From positions 84 to 64,083 of the forward strand of contig DATMFR010000060.1 in assembly GCA_035556695.1 (NCBI GenBank): 64,000 bases of DNA. The letters run 5' to 3'. The notes under the pieces were generated by a model, which searched no databases, had not been told where the DNA came from, and was given only the letters and a program-made list of their open reading frames with translations. Each line of letters begins with the position of its first letter. The first letter of the stretch is position 1. Of the stretch, positions 9,100-17,660 are shown piece by piece. The translations under genes and the position numbers were made by a program. The DNA comes from Roseomonas sp. (GTDB lineage: Bacteria > Pseudomonadota > Alphaproteobacteria > Acetobacterales > Acetobacteraceae).

Positions 9100-9496
9100 G
9101 CGGCAGGCTAGGGGGCATAAGAACGTGATTGGCAAGGGCTTTATCGCGCCGCCTGGTTGTTTCCGCGCCGCGGCGATGCGGGGAATGCCCAGGAGATCCA
9201 CGAGGAGTTCGACGGCCCCACTCTCTTCAAAGGCCGCTGCGATGTGCGCTTCGATCGCCCGCTTGCCCGCCGTACCGGCGGCGCTGTGCACATGCGCGAT
9301 CGTGTCGATGCGCGTGTAAGACGTGGTCATGAACTGGCAAACGGTTTCTTCGGTACGGCAGGTCATTCTGGCTGCCTCTTGAGTCGTTGTGCCTGGCTTC
9401 CTGCGCTGCCGGCCCTGGCCTGATCGTGGCCATGACTGTTGCTGTGCGGCCCATCCATGACAGTGCGTCGAACTCTATGGCACGGCAGCTAATCCG

Positions 9497-9528
9497 TTTT
9501 GTCCGAAAAATCTTATTAGCGGACAAAA
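9497..9528. other. candidate recombinase crossover site (13-6-13)
   Basis: TTTTGTCCGAAAA-ATCTTA-TTAGCGGACAAAA; arms match 11/13 as inverted repeats; upstream of the recombinase. Confidence 0.45.
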
Positions 9529-10029
9529 TTATGCGGAGAAAAGCGAACGGTCTGATGCTCAAGAGGCGGAGCGCGGCGCCCTGGCACTGTTATGAAACCA
9601 AGGGCGGAATTGCTTTTCAGCGGGAACTTTGAACTGCAGATTTTTCAGTAATTCGGGCGGAAGGCGCAAGGGCAAGCCAATCGTACCGATAAGTCTGCCC
9701 AGTCTCCGATAAAGCGAGACAGTGTCGAGCTTCCAAGCCTCTCATTCTCCGCTCCCACCAGCCCAGCAGGGTGCTGGGCGCGCGATCTGACGGTTCCCTC
9801 CCAACGACTTTGTATGTCCGGCGAGGCCGCAACAGCCTCTCTGAGGCCGCATGCAGAAGGGGAACATACTCTCCGGGGTTAATCCAATCGAGAAAATATC
9901 TGAGGGTTCCATAGTAAATGGTGCGGAAATTATGGGTGAATTCATATGTTGTTTAAATTGAATCGAGATTCATTTTAATAGAAGACGTAGTGTTGCTTTC
10001 GTGTTCATGTTCAATCTTGCGGTATCGGG

Positions 10030-10272
10030 ATGATGCAAGCCATTGGACTGCCTGATCCTCTTGCGCAGGCTGAGCGGCAGGCTCGGGAGGCCGGAGATCG
10101 CGTCGCCCGGCAACGGGCCATGATCATGGCCTTGCAGAGGGGTGGCCACCGATGTGAGGCGCGCTTGGCCGGCAAAGTGCTGGCGAAGTTCGAGAGCCAT
10201 CTCAGACAAGCACAGGAGGAAGTGCTGCTCGAACGCTGGGTCCATGACTGGCTGGATGGCGTTGGTCCTTGA
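10030..10272 (+). CDS. small hypothetical helical protein
   Basis: 80-aa ORF DPLAQAERQAREAGDRVARQRAMI...; no family recognised. Confidence 0.45.
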   Translation: MMQAIGLPDPLAQAERQAREAGDRVARQRAMIMALQRGGHRCEARLAGKVLAKFESHLRQAQEEVLLERWVHDWLDGVGP

Positions 10273-10401
10273 AGGCTGCCCGGACAGGCGAGCTCTGCGG
10301 CAGTCCGAGCGCGGGCAAGGGGTTCGGGCAAAAGCCCGGAGTCGGATAGGGCAAGCTGCCCATCATGTTTTCTCCGCCACGAAAATGTTTTGGAGGGAAA
10401 A

Positions 10402-11145
10402 ATGGCCGTCATCTTTGGTGGGAACGGTAACGACCAAATCAACGGCTTGGCCGAATCCGACACGATCCACGGCGGCAACGGCGATGACACGCTGGCGGGC
10501 GGAGGCGGTGACAACTGGATCTACGGCGACAACGGCAACGACAGGATTTTCGGAAGCGGCCAGGAGTTCGTGTTCGGGCACAACCATCTTTTCGGCGGCA
10601 ACGGCAACGATTTCCTTTCTGGCGCCATCGGCAACGACACCCTGGATGGGGGCAATGGCGACGACATCCTGATCGGCGGCGATTATGCCTACGAACGGGG
10701 TACGGCCGGCGGTGACCTGCTGCTGGGCGGCAACGGCAACGACCTGCTGGACGGCGGCGGCGGCGTTGATACGCTGGTGGGAGGGAGAGGAGCCGACACC
10801 TTCCGCTTCGGCGTGGCCGGCGACATCGTTCCCATCGCTGGCACCGGAACCGGCGCGGGCAACCGCGACATGGTCCTCGATTTCGAGCAAGGCCGGGACA
10901 TCATCGATCTCTCGAACTACCAGAATTACGTGCACTTCGATTTCCAGGCGGCGCCGGTCTTCCTGGGCACCGGCAGCTTCGGGCAGAGCAACGGATTGCA
11001 GGTGCGCTACGACATCCAGGGCGACCACACGATCATTCAACTGATCGGTACGGTCCATCCGTCCTCCCCCTGGCCCGCGCCTGCGGGGGAGATCGATCTG
11101 GCCGGCGTGTTCCACCTCACCGCCAGCGACTTCCACCTGGTCTGA
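10402..11145 (+). CDS. RTX / hemolysin-type calcium-binding repeat protein
   Basis: many GGxGxDxL/I nonapeptides (GGNGNDQI, GGNGDDTL, GGNGNDLL, GGRGADTF); C-terminal DFEQGRDIIDLS; GGAGGG RBS. Confidence 0.88.
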   Translation: MAVIFGGNGNDQINGLAESDTIHGGNGDDTLAGGGGDNWIYGDNGNDRIFGSGQEFVFGHNHLFGGNGNDFLSGAIGNDTLDGGNGDDILIGGDYAYERGTAGGDLLLGGNGNDLLDGGGGVDTLVGGRGADTFRFGVAGDIVPIAGTGTGAGNRDMVLDFEQGRDIIDLSNYQNYVHFDFQAAPVFLGTGSFGQSNGLQVRYDIQGDHTIIQLIGTVHPSSPWPAPAGEIDLAGVFHLTASDFHLV

Positions 11146-11314
11146 CGCCGGGAGCGATGCCGCCGAAGGCGGGGGCGGTACGGCCCATTTCCCTCCTCAC
11201 CATGAGGCGGAAGGCCGGATCTCCTTGAACGCGGCGCGCCGGCGCGTTGTAAGTGCTGCCGGCGCCCGCCCTTTCCAGCCGCAGGGCGGTTGCCGGCAAG
11301 CAGGGGGAAGGCCG

Positions 11315-12457
11315 ATGCCCGCCGACATCTTGGACGACCTGGGACCCTGGCCGGATGAGGAAGCCTGGCAGGGGGAGGAACGGGAGCCGGAAGCGCCCTG
11401 GCGCCGCAGCCGGCCCCCCGCCGCCGAACCGGACCCTGCAGCCCTCCTGCAACCCCTCTCCGCGGCCGATGATGTGCTCTCCCGCCTCGACGCGCTGGCC
11501 GGCGCGGCCTCCCCCGCCCTGCGGGAGGGGTTGGTGGCGCGGCTCGCCTTTGCCGAGGCCAGCGGCTGGCTGGTCCAGGAGGGTGTCCAGGTGCATCCGC
11601 GCGACCTCGCCTTGCGGGCCAACCGCCTCACGGGCTCCTACACGGCGGCCGCCATGCTCGGGCGGCTGGAGCGGGAGTTGCCGGAGACCTGGCGGGATAC
11701 GCCGGGCCCGGCCGGCGCCGTCGGGGCGGAGCACATGATCGAGCAGGCGCTGGCCTTGGCCCGGCTCCTGCAGCGACTGGCCACCTTGCGCACCGTCGAT
11801 CCGCTGGATGACCGGCAGGGCTTCGCCCGTGCGCTGGGAAGCCTGGGGAGCAGCCTCTGGCCGGCTGAGCTGCAGGCTGCCGGCGCTGCACCGCCGGATT
11901 TTGGGGCATGGCGCCGGAACTGGCTGGGCGCGGAACGCCAGGAGCCCGCCCTGCTCGCGGCCGCTCGGGGCGCCGCCCGCTGGATGCAGCAGGCGGGGGC
12001 AGGGGACGTCGCCAGTCCCGGATTGCAGCAGGCCCTCTTCCTCGCCGCGGTGCTGCTGCGGCGACGCGGGCGGCTCCACCATGTGCCGCTGCCCTTCTGG
12101 TCAGCGGGGCGGGTGGGCCGGCGACCGCTGCGGCGCCCGTCCGGTGACCCGGCCGGCTGGCCGCTGGCCTTCCTGGAGCGGGTCCAGGCGGCGACGCTCA
12201 GGGCACTGGACGAGCTGGACCGGCTGGAGGGCCTGGCGGAAAAGGCGGCGCAGCTGGCGGCAGGACGCCGCACCTCGTCCTCGCTGGCGGCGGCGCATGA
12301 CCTGGCGCTGCGCCTGCCGGTGCTGACGGCAGGCGTCCTGGCGGACAAGCTGGACCTGACCCCACAAGGCGCCCTTCTCGTCCTGAATCAACTGGCCAAG
12401 GAAGGGCTGGTGCGCGAGGCCACGGGGCGGGCGCGCTTCCGCGCCTATGTCGCCTGA
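11315..12457 (+). CDS. DUF1612 / RHE_PE00001-like protein with C-terminal HTH
   Basis: PLSAADDVLSRLD...EASGWL...VHPRDLAL N-terminus and C-terminal HTH ending REATGRARFRAY, as in plasmid DUF1612-HTH proteins. Confidence 0.65.
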   Translation: MPADILDDLGPWPDEEAWQGEEREPEAPWRRSRPPAAEPDPAALLQPLSAADDVLSRLDALAGAASPALREGLVARLAFAEASGWLVQEGVQVHPRDLALRANRLTGSYTAAAMLGRLERELPETWRDTPGPAGAVGAEHMIEQALALARLLQRLATLRTVDPLDDRQGFARALGSLGSSLWPAELQAAGAAPPDFGAWRRNWLGAERQEPALLAAARGAARWMQQAGAGDVASPGLQQALFLAAVLLRRRGRLHHVPLPFWSAGRVGRRPLRRPSGDPAGWPLAFLERVQAATLRALDELDRLEGLAEKAAQLAAGRRTSSSLAAAHDLALRLPVLTAGVLADKLDLTPQGALLVLNQLAKEGLVREATGRARFRAYVA

Positions 12458-12485
12458 GGCGGCACTCCGGCGGGGAAGGCCGGTT

Positions 12486-12914
12486 TCAGACTTCCGGCTC
12501 CTGGGTGGCGCTGTGGCCATAGATGCGGCCTGGCACGTCGGCGGCATGCAGGTCCGGGTCGCCGCCCCCCGCCGCTTCGAGATGCGACTTCAAGCTTTGC
12601 AACGCCGCCTCGGCGCTGAACCGCGCGGCATCTTCTGGCGTCTCTGGCCCCGTGGGATCGGCGGCGGGCGCGGTGTCGCGCGTCAGGTGCAGCGTGAGCT
12701 GCGTCACACCTTGCACGGCCCGCACGCGCCATTCACCGGCAGGGTTGAAGGACCAGCGGATGATGCCGGCTTTCGGATCACTCTTCAGCCCGCTGGTCGG
12801 CAGGTCGGTTTCCTCACGCCGCAACTGCGGCAGCCAGTCACGCAGGTGGGCGGGGTCCGCCAGATAGGCGAAGACCTCGCCGGCCGGACGGGCGATGGTG
12901 ATCTGCTGCTCCAT
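12486..12914 (-). CDS. SRPBCC-family protein
   Basis: ITIARPAGEVFAYLADPAHLRDWLP N-terminal signature. Confidence 0.7.
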   Translation of the reverse strand: MEQQITIARPAGEVFAYLADPAHLRDWLPQLRREETDLPTSGLKSDPKAGIIRWSFNPAGEWRVRAVQGVTQLTLHLTRDTAPAADPTGPETPEDAARFSAEAALQSLKSHLEAAGGGDPDLHAADVPGRIYGHSATQEPEV

Positions 12915-13045
12915 GCCCGCGCAACGCCTCAGGCGGGGCGGGGTTGCGGCTAAGTATCCTTGATCCGCAAGGCGCGGGGCATGTTTCGGGAAACTGCCGG
13001 GCGCTTCCGGCGTCACTCCCAGAGCAGCGGGAGTGACACGCGACG

Positions 13046-13855
13046 ATGATGCCGCCCTCCTGGCCCCAGCCCAGCGTGGTTCTGCCCTGCCTCGCCCGAC
13101 AGGGTGAGGGGCTGACGGCCGATCTGCGGGCGGTGCCGGAGGAGACCGCTGTGGCGCTGACCTATGGCAGTGCCACCCACGCCGTGATGATGGCGACCCC
13201 CGCCGACCTGCCGGAGCTCGGCCTCGGCTTCAGCCTGACGGAAGGGCTGATCACGCATCCCGATGAACTCACCGGTCTGGAGCTCCTGCCGCGTCCAGGC
13301 GGCATCGAGATCCGCATGGATCTCGCCGCCCCGCGAGAGGAGGCCTTCGCGCGCCGCCGGCGGCGCCTGGCCGGGCCGCTGGGCTGCGGCCTCTGCGGCA
13401 TCGAGAGCCTCAGCGAGGCCACGCGTGACCTGCCCAGCCTCATCGCCCCGACGCGCCTGCCGGCCACCGAGGTCGGCGCGGCGATGGCGGCGCTGTCCGG
13501 TGGGCAGGCGCTGCATCACGAGACCCATGCGGTGCATGCCGCCGGCTTCTGGCACCCTGGCCACGGCCTCGTGACGCTGCGCGAGGATGTCGGCCGGCAC
13601 AACGCGCTGGACAAGTTGGCCGGTGCCTTGCTGCGGCAGGCGGTGCCGCCCGTCGAGGGCGCGGTGGTGCTGACCAGCCGTGTCTCCGTCGAGATGGTGC
13701 AGAAGACCGCCCTGCTCGGTGCGCCCATCCTGCTTGCCGTCTCCGCGCCGACCGCGCTCGCGATCCGGGTGGCGGAGGGCTGCGGCATCACCCTGGTAGC
13801 GCTGGTGCGCGGCGAGAGGTTTGAGGTCTTCACCCATCCCGGGCGCATCGCCTGA
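13046..13855 (+). CDS. fdhD: formate dehydrogenase accessory sulfurtransferase FdhD
   Basis: VPEETAVALTY, MMATPADL, CGLCG, VHAAG, REDVGRHNALDKLAG, SRVSVEMVQK, AVSAPT. Confidence 0.93.
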   Translation: MMPPSWPQPSVVLPCLARQGEGLTADLRAVPEETAVALTYGSATHAVMMATPADLPELGLGFSLTEGLITHPDELTGLELLPRPGGIEIRMDLAAPREEAFARRRRRLAGPLGCGLCGIESLSEATRDLPSLIAPTRLPATEVGAAMAALSGGQALHHETHAVHAAGFWHPGHGLVTLREDVGRHNALDKLAGALLRQAVPPVEGAVVLTSRVSVEMVQKTALLGAPILLAVSAPTALAIRVAEGCGITLVALVRGERFEVFTHPGRIA

Positions 13856-13970
13856 AGGCCACAGGCCTGGAGCCGCACGCAGGCCGCGCCTATCCTGTGG
13901 CTTTCCAGCCGCCGGATCTTTTCGCCTGATGCGCTCTCCCTCCCTCAGCCATTCCCTCCGGGCCTGACGC

Positions 13971-14513
13971 ATGGCGCAGCAGGACCCAGGCGGCTTCACG
14001 CAGCAGGAGAAAGGCGGCGGCGCGGTGTTGTTCACCGTGCGGCCGGCTCGCGCCTCGCCGGCCTTCCTGGCGGCGACGGTGCTGCTGGGCGCCTTGTTCG
14101 GCCTGCCGGCACTGGCCGTGCTGCTCGATCCGCGGCGCCACGACGCCGTTTCCCTGGCAGCCGCCTCCTGCGCCCTGCTGATCCTGCTCGGCGCTGCCAT
14201 GGCTTTCCGCCGGGCGCGGCGCGGCCGGGGGGAGCGCCGTATCCGCGTCGGGCCTACGGGGATCACGCTGCCGGAGCAGCATGTGCCCTGGTCCGCGTTT
14301 CGGGAGCTGCGCGTCGAGCAGCCGGCGACGGAGCGGCTGCCGGCGCTCGGCATCTATGGCCTGGCCGCCAATGTCGCGGCCCAGCAGCGCGCGGCCGAGG
14401 CGCGCCTGCTGCTCGATGGCACGGAGAGCACCGAGCCGCTGTTGGTCGCGGGCGGACTGGGCACCGCCGTGGCCGAGCGGCTGCGCACGGCTATCCTTCG
14501 GCTGCGGCCGTAA
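13971..14513 (+). CDS. hypothetical membrane protein
   Basis: two transmembrane-like segments followed by a small beta-rich domain (IRVGPTGITLP...VPWSAFREL). Confidence 0.55.
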   Translation: MAQQDPGGFTQQEKGGGAVLFTVRPARASPAFLAATVLLGALFGLPALAVLLDPRRHDAVSLAAASCALLILLGAAMAFRRARRGRGERRIRVGPTGITLPEQHVPWSAFRELRVEQPATERLPALGIYGLAANVAAQQRAAEARLLLDGTESTEPLLVAGGLGTAVAERLRTAILRLRP

Positions 14514-14562
14514 GAAGGCTGGGGAATGAAGGCGCGTCCTTGAACCTCTGGCTGAAGCGGAA

Positions 14563-14747
14563 GTTTGGGGGAGGGAACTCCCCCAAACCCCCTCCTTCTT
14601 CTGTCAGTTTTCGGCTCCGCCCGAGGTGAGGGCATCGCCTGCCCATTTGCGGCGGCTTTCGCCCCGGCGTGAGCGCGTGCCGCCCGCGCGGCAAAACTGA
14701 CAAAAAAGAAGAAGAGGGGGTTCCGGGGGAGAATTCATTCTCCCCCG
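14563..14747. repeat. inverted pair of REP-like elements, family B
   Basis: 14563-14611 (minus) and 14693-14747 (plus) share AAACTGACA..GAAGAAG.AGGGGGTT..GGGGGAG..CTCCCCC; third copy at 24045. Confidence 0.6.
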
Positions 14748-14800
14748 CTTCCGCCCTTCGGCAGATTCGAGGACAGATCTGAATTCTCCCCCGGACCACC

Positions 14801-14824
14801 GGAACTTCTGACGTCAGAAGTTCC
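14801..14824. other. perfect palindrome, candidate parS copy 4
   Basis: GGAACTTCTGACGTCAGAAGTTCC immediately after the flgH stop. Confidence 0.6.
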
Positions 14825-14827
14825 GCG

Positions 14828-15607
14828 TCAGTAGGGCAGCACCCTGTCCATCAGCTGTTGGCCCCAGCGTGGCCGCTGCAGGTCGCTCGAAACGCCGCGC
14901 CCGCCATAGGCGATGCGCCCCTCGGCGATCTTCTCCGAGGCGATGCGGTTGTTGGGGCGGATGTCCTCCGGCCGCACCAGCCCGCGCAGCTGCAACTCGC
15001 GCAGCTCGTTGTTCACGCGGATTTCCTGCGAGCCGGCGATCTCCAGGTTGCCGCTCGGCAGCACGCGCACCACGGTCGCGGCCACCTGCAGGCGGATCTT
15101 CTCGTTGCGGCGGATCTTGCCGGTGCCGTTGGCGGTGCTGCTGCCGCCCAGTTCCGCCGCCGGATCCAGGTCGCCGCCAAAGGCCTTGCCCAGTACCCCC
15201 TGCAGACCGAACAGGAAGGGCACCTTGAAGTCCTGGCTGCCCTTGTGCTCCAGCTCGGTCTTGTTGTCGAACTGCGCGCTGTCGTCGATCTCGATCTCGA
15301 CGGTCAGCAGGTCGCCCACCGCGCGGGCGCGCTGGTCGCGGAAGAAGGTGCGGCTGCCCGGCCGCCACAGCGAGCCCACCATGGCCGGGCCGCCATGCAT
15401 CGGCCGCGGCCGGGTCGCCACGTCCATCGGACTGTCCACCATCTCCTCGGCTGGAATGCTGTTCATCGCTCCAGGGGCCGAGATCGGCGGCGGCTGCTGG
15501 AAATGACCCCAGCTATCGCAGCCGGCGAGGCCGAGCAGCAGGGCCGCGCCAGCAAGGCCGCGGGCCGTCGAAATCCGGCCTGGATGCATCGGCTTGTCTC
15601 CGTTCAT
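14828..15607 (-). CDS. flgH: flagellar L-ring lipoprotein FlgH
   Basis: lipobox LLGLAGC; GSLW, FFRDQRARAVGDLLTVEI, GNLEIAGSQEIRVNNE, GLVRPEDI, IAEGRIAYGGRG. Confidence 0.93.
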   Translation of the reverse strand: MNGDKPMHPGRISTARGLAGAALLLGLAGCDSWGHFQQPPPISAPGAMNSIPAEEMVDSPMDVATRPRPMHGGPAMVGSLWRPGSRTFFRDQRARAVGDLLTVEIEIDDSAQFDNKTELEHKGSQDFKVPFLFGLQGVLGKAFGGDLDPAAELGGSSTANGTGKIRRNEKIRLQVAATVVRVLPSGNLEIAGSQEIRVNNELRELQLRGLVRPEDIRPNNRIASEKIAEGRIAYGGRGVSSDLQRPRWGQQLMDRVLPY

Positions 15608-16056
15608 GGCGCGCCGCGCACCTCGGCCGTGCCCTCGGCCACCACCACGGCGCGGACGGTGCGGCTGCTGCCGGGATTGTGCACCCGGATCTCCTCGCCC
15701 ACCGCGCCGCTCTCCACGGCGCGGCCTTCCATTTCGAGCGTCACGCCGCCGCTCTTCCAGAACACCCGCACCATATCGGTGGAGTGCACCGCCAGCGGCT
15801 CGCCGACATCGCGGTCCCGCAGCGGCATGCCGTCGCGCACGCGGCGGCGCAGCTCCTGGCCGACGAGGTCGCGCTCCGCCTCGATGAAGGCGGGGTTGTC
15901 GCGGCGCGGCGCCATCGCCTCCAGGTCCTGCGGCCGCAGGATGTCGCCGCGCTCCAGGGTGCGGGCGGCATGCCACACCTCCCGCGCCAGGGCCGGCGCC
16001 GGAGTGGCCCCCGCCAGCAGCAGTGCCGCCGCGGCGAGGGGGGAGAGAAGGCGCAT
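15604..16056 (-). CDS. flgA: P-ring assembly chaperone FlgA
   Basis: signal peptide, SAF-like LERGDIL, GGVTLEMEGRAVESGAVGEEIRVHNPGSSR; lies between flgG and flgH. Confidence 0.85.
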   Translation of the reverse strand: MRLLSPLAAAALLLAGATPAPALAREVWHAARTLERGDILRPQDLEAMAPRRDNPAFIEAERDLVGQELRRRVRDGMPLRDRDVGEPLAVHSTDMVRVFWKSGGVTLEMEGRAVESGAVGEEIRVHNPGSSRTVRAVVVAEGTAEVRGAP

Positions 16057-16067
16057 CGCCGCTGCCC

Positions 16068-16850
16068 TCAGCGCACGTTGTTCGCGGTCTGCAGCATCTG
16101 GTCGGTCGCCTCGATGACCTTCGAGTTCATTTCATAGGCCCGCTGCGCCGCGATCAGCTGCGTGATCTCCTGCACCACGTTGACGTTGGACGCCTCCAGG
16201 TACCCCTGTCGGATTTTCGCAAAACCGGGATCGGAGGGCAGGCCGGTGGTCGGCTGGCCGGAGGCGTCGGTCTCCAGGAACTTGTTGCCGCCGGTCGCCT
16301 CCAGGCCCGCTTCGTTCGGGAACATGTACAGCTCCAGCCGGCCGACATTCTGCTGCTGGCCATTGGCGTCGGTGACCAGAACCTCGCCGGCCTGGTTCAC
16401 CGTCACATCCTTGGCGTCGGCGGGTACGGTGATGGCGGGATTGACCGGATAGCCCTCGGTGGTGACGAGCTGGCCCTCGGGGGAGAGCTTGAAGCTGCCG
16501 TCGCGGGTATAGGCGACGGTACCGTCCGGCAGGGTGAGGCCGAAATAGCCGCGGCCCTCAAGCGCCAGGTCATAGCGGTTGCCGGTGTCGGTCAGCGAGC
16601 CCTGCAGGGTGATGCGGTTCACCGCCGAGTTGCGCACGCCAAGTCCCACCTGCGTGCCCACCGGCAGCACCGTTCCTGCCTCGGAGGAGGAGGAGCCGAC
16701 GCGTTCGGAGGACTGGTAGATCAGGTCCTGGAACTCCGCCTTGCGCCGGGTGAAGGCGGTGGTGGAGACGTTGGCGATGTTGTTGGCGATGACCTCGACA
16801 TTGGTCTGCTGGGCCTGCATGCCGGTGGCCGCGATGCTCATGGCGCGCAT
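16068..16850 (-). CDS. flgG: distal rod protein FlgG
   Basis: AATGMQAQQTNVEVIANNIANVST, FQDLIYQ, YTRDGSF, GYLEASNVNVVQEITQLIAAQRAYEMNSK. Confidence 0.95.
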   Translation of the reverse strand: MRAMSIAATGMQAQQTNVEVIANNIANVSTTAFTRRKAEFQDLIYQSSERVGSSSSEAGTVLPVGTQVGLGVRNSAVNRITLQGSLTDTGNRYDLALEGRGYFGLTLPDGTVAYTRDGSFKLSPEGQLVTTEGYPVNPAITVPADAKDVTVNQAGEVLVTDANGQQQNVGRLELYMFPNEAGLEATGGNKFLETDASGQPTTGLPSDPGFAKIRQGYLEASNVNVVQEITQLIAAQRAYEMNSKVIEATDQMLQTANNVR

Positions 16851-16906
16851 GGTGTGTGTCCTTCTGAAGCCGCGCGTGGGTCAGGGGAGGCCAGGGGGAC
16901 GGCGGG

Positions 16907-17659
16907 TCAGTTCGAGCGCCCCAGGGTCTCTATCATTTTTCGCACACGATCGTCGTCATCGGCAACGATCCGCTGCATGCTTTCATAGGCCCGCTGGATC
17001 AGCGTCAGGTTGGAGAGCTCCTGCACCGGCTGCACGGTGGAGGCCTCCAGCGCGCCCTGATGCAGGCGCACTCCCGGCGCATTGGCCGGCACCGGCTGCA
17101 CGTCGGCGGTCGGGATCTCCAGCAGACCGTCGCCGCCTTTGCGGATGCCGCGAGGATCGCCGCCGCGGAACAGGCCCAGGCGCCCGGCCTGCTCGATCCG
17201 TCCGTCCACGGTGGCCAGGATGGTGCCGTCGGTGCGGATCTCGACCTTGCTGACCTGCTCCGGCATCAGGATGGGCGCGCCGCCCTCGTCGAGCACCGGG
17301 CGGCCGCCGCTGTTCACGAGGGTATTGTCCGGGGCGATATGCATCCGGCCGTCGCGCGTGTAGCCGCGGCCGCCGCCCTGGCGTTCCACCGCCAGATAGG
17401 CATCGCCCTCGATCGCCACGTCGAGCGGGTTGCCGGTCGCCGCGATCGTGCCGGCGCGGGTGTCGAGATAGGTGGCGCGGTCCTGCACGAAGGCGACCTC
17501 CCGCCCCGGCACCTCCAGGCGGCTGACATGGGTCTGGAACAGGGTGCGGTCGCCGCGGAATCCGGTGGTGTTGGCATTGGCCAGGTTGTTGGCGGTGACG
17601 TCGAGCTGCTGGCGCAGCGCCATCTGTCCGGAGAGGCTGACGATGCTGGGGCTGTCCAT
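16907..17659 (-). CDS. flgF: proximal rod protein FlgF
   Basis: LDVTANNLANANTTGF, TGNPLDVAIEG, YTRDG, QGALEASTV; start MDSPSIVSL at 17659. Confidence 0.9.
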   Translation of the reverse strand: MDSPSIVSLSGQMALRQQLDVTANNLANANTTGFRGDRTLFQTHVSRLEVPGREVAFVQDRATYLDTRAGTIAATGNPLDVAIEGDAYLAVERQGGGRGYTRDGRMHIAPDNTLVNSGGRPVLDEGGAPILMPEQVSKVEIRTDGTILATVDGRIEQAGRLGLFRGGDPRGIRKGGDGLLEIPTADVQPVPANAPGVRLHQGALEASTVQPVQELSNLTLIQRAYESMQRIVADDDDRVRKMIETLGRSN

Positions 17660-17660
17660 C

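Noticed and set aside
13046-13855. fdhD without formate dehydrogenase genes
   Set aside because: Orphan fdhD copies on secondary replicons are unremarkable; partners may lie elsewhere
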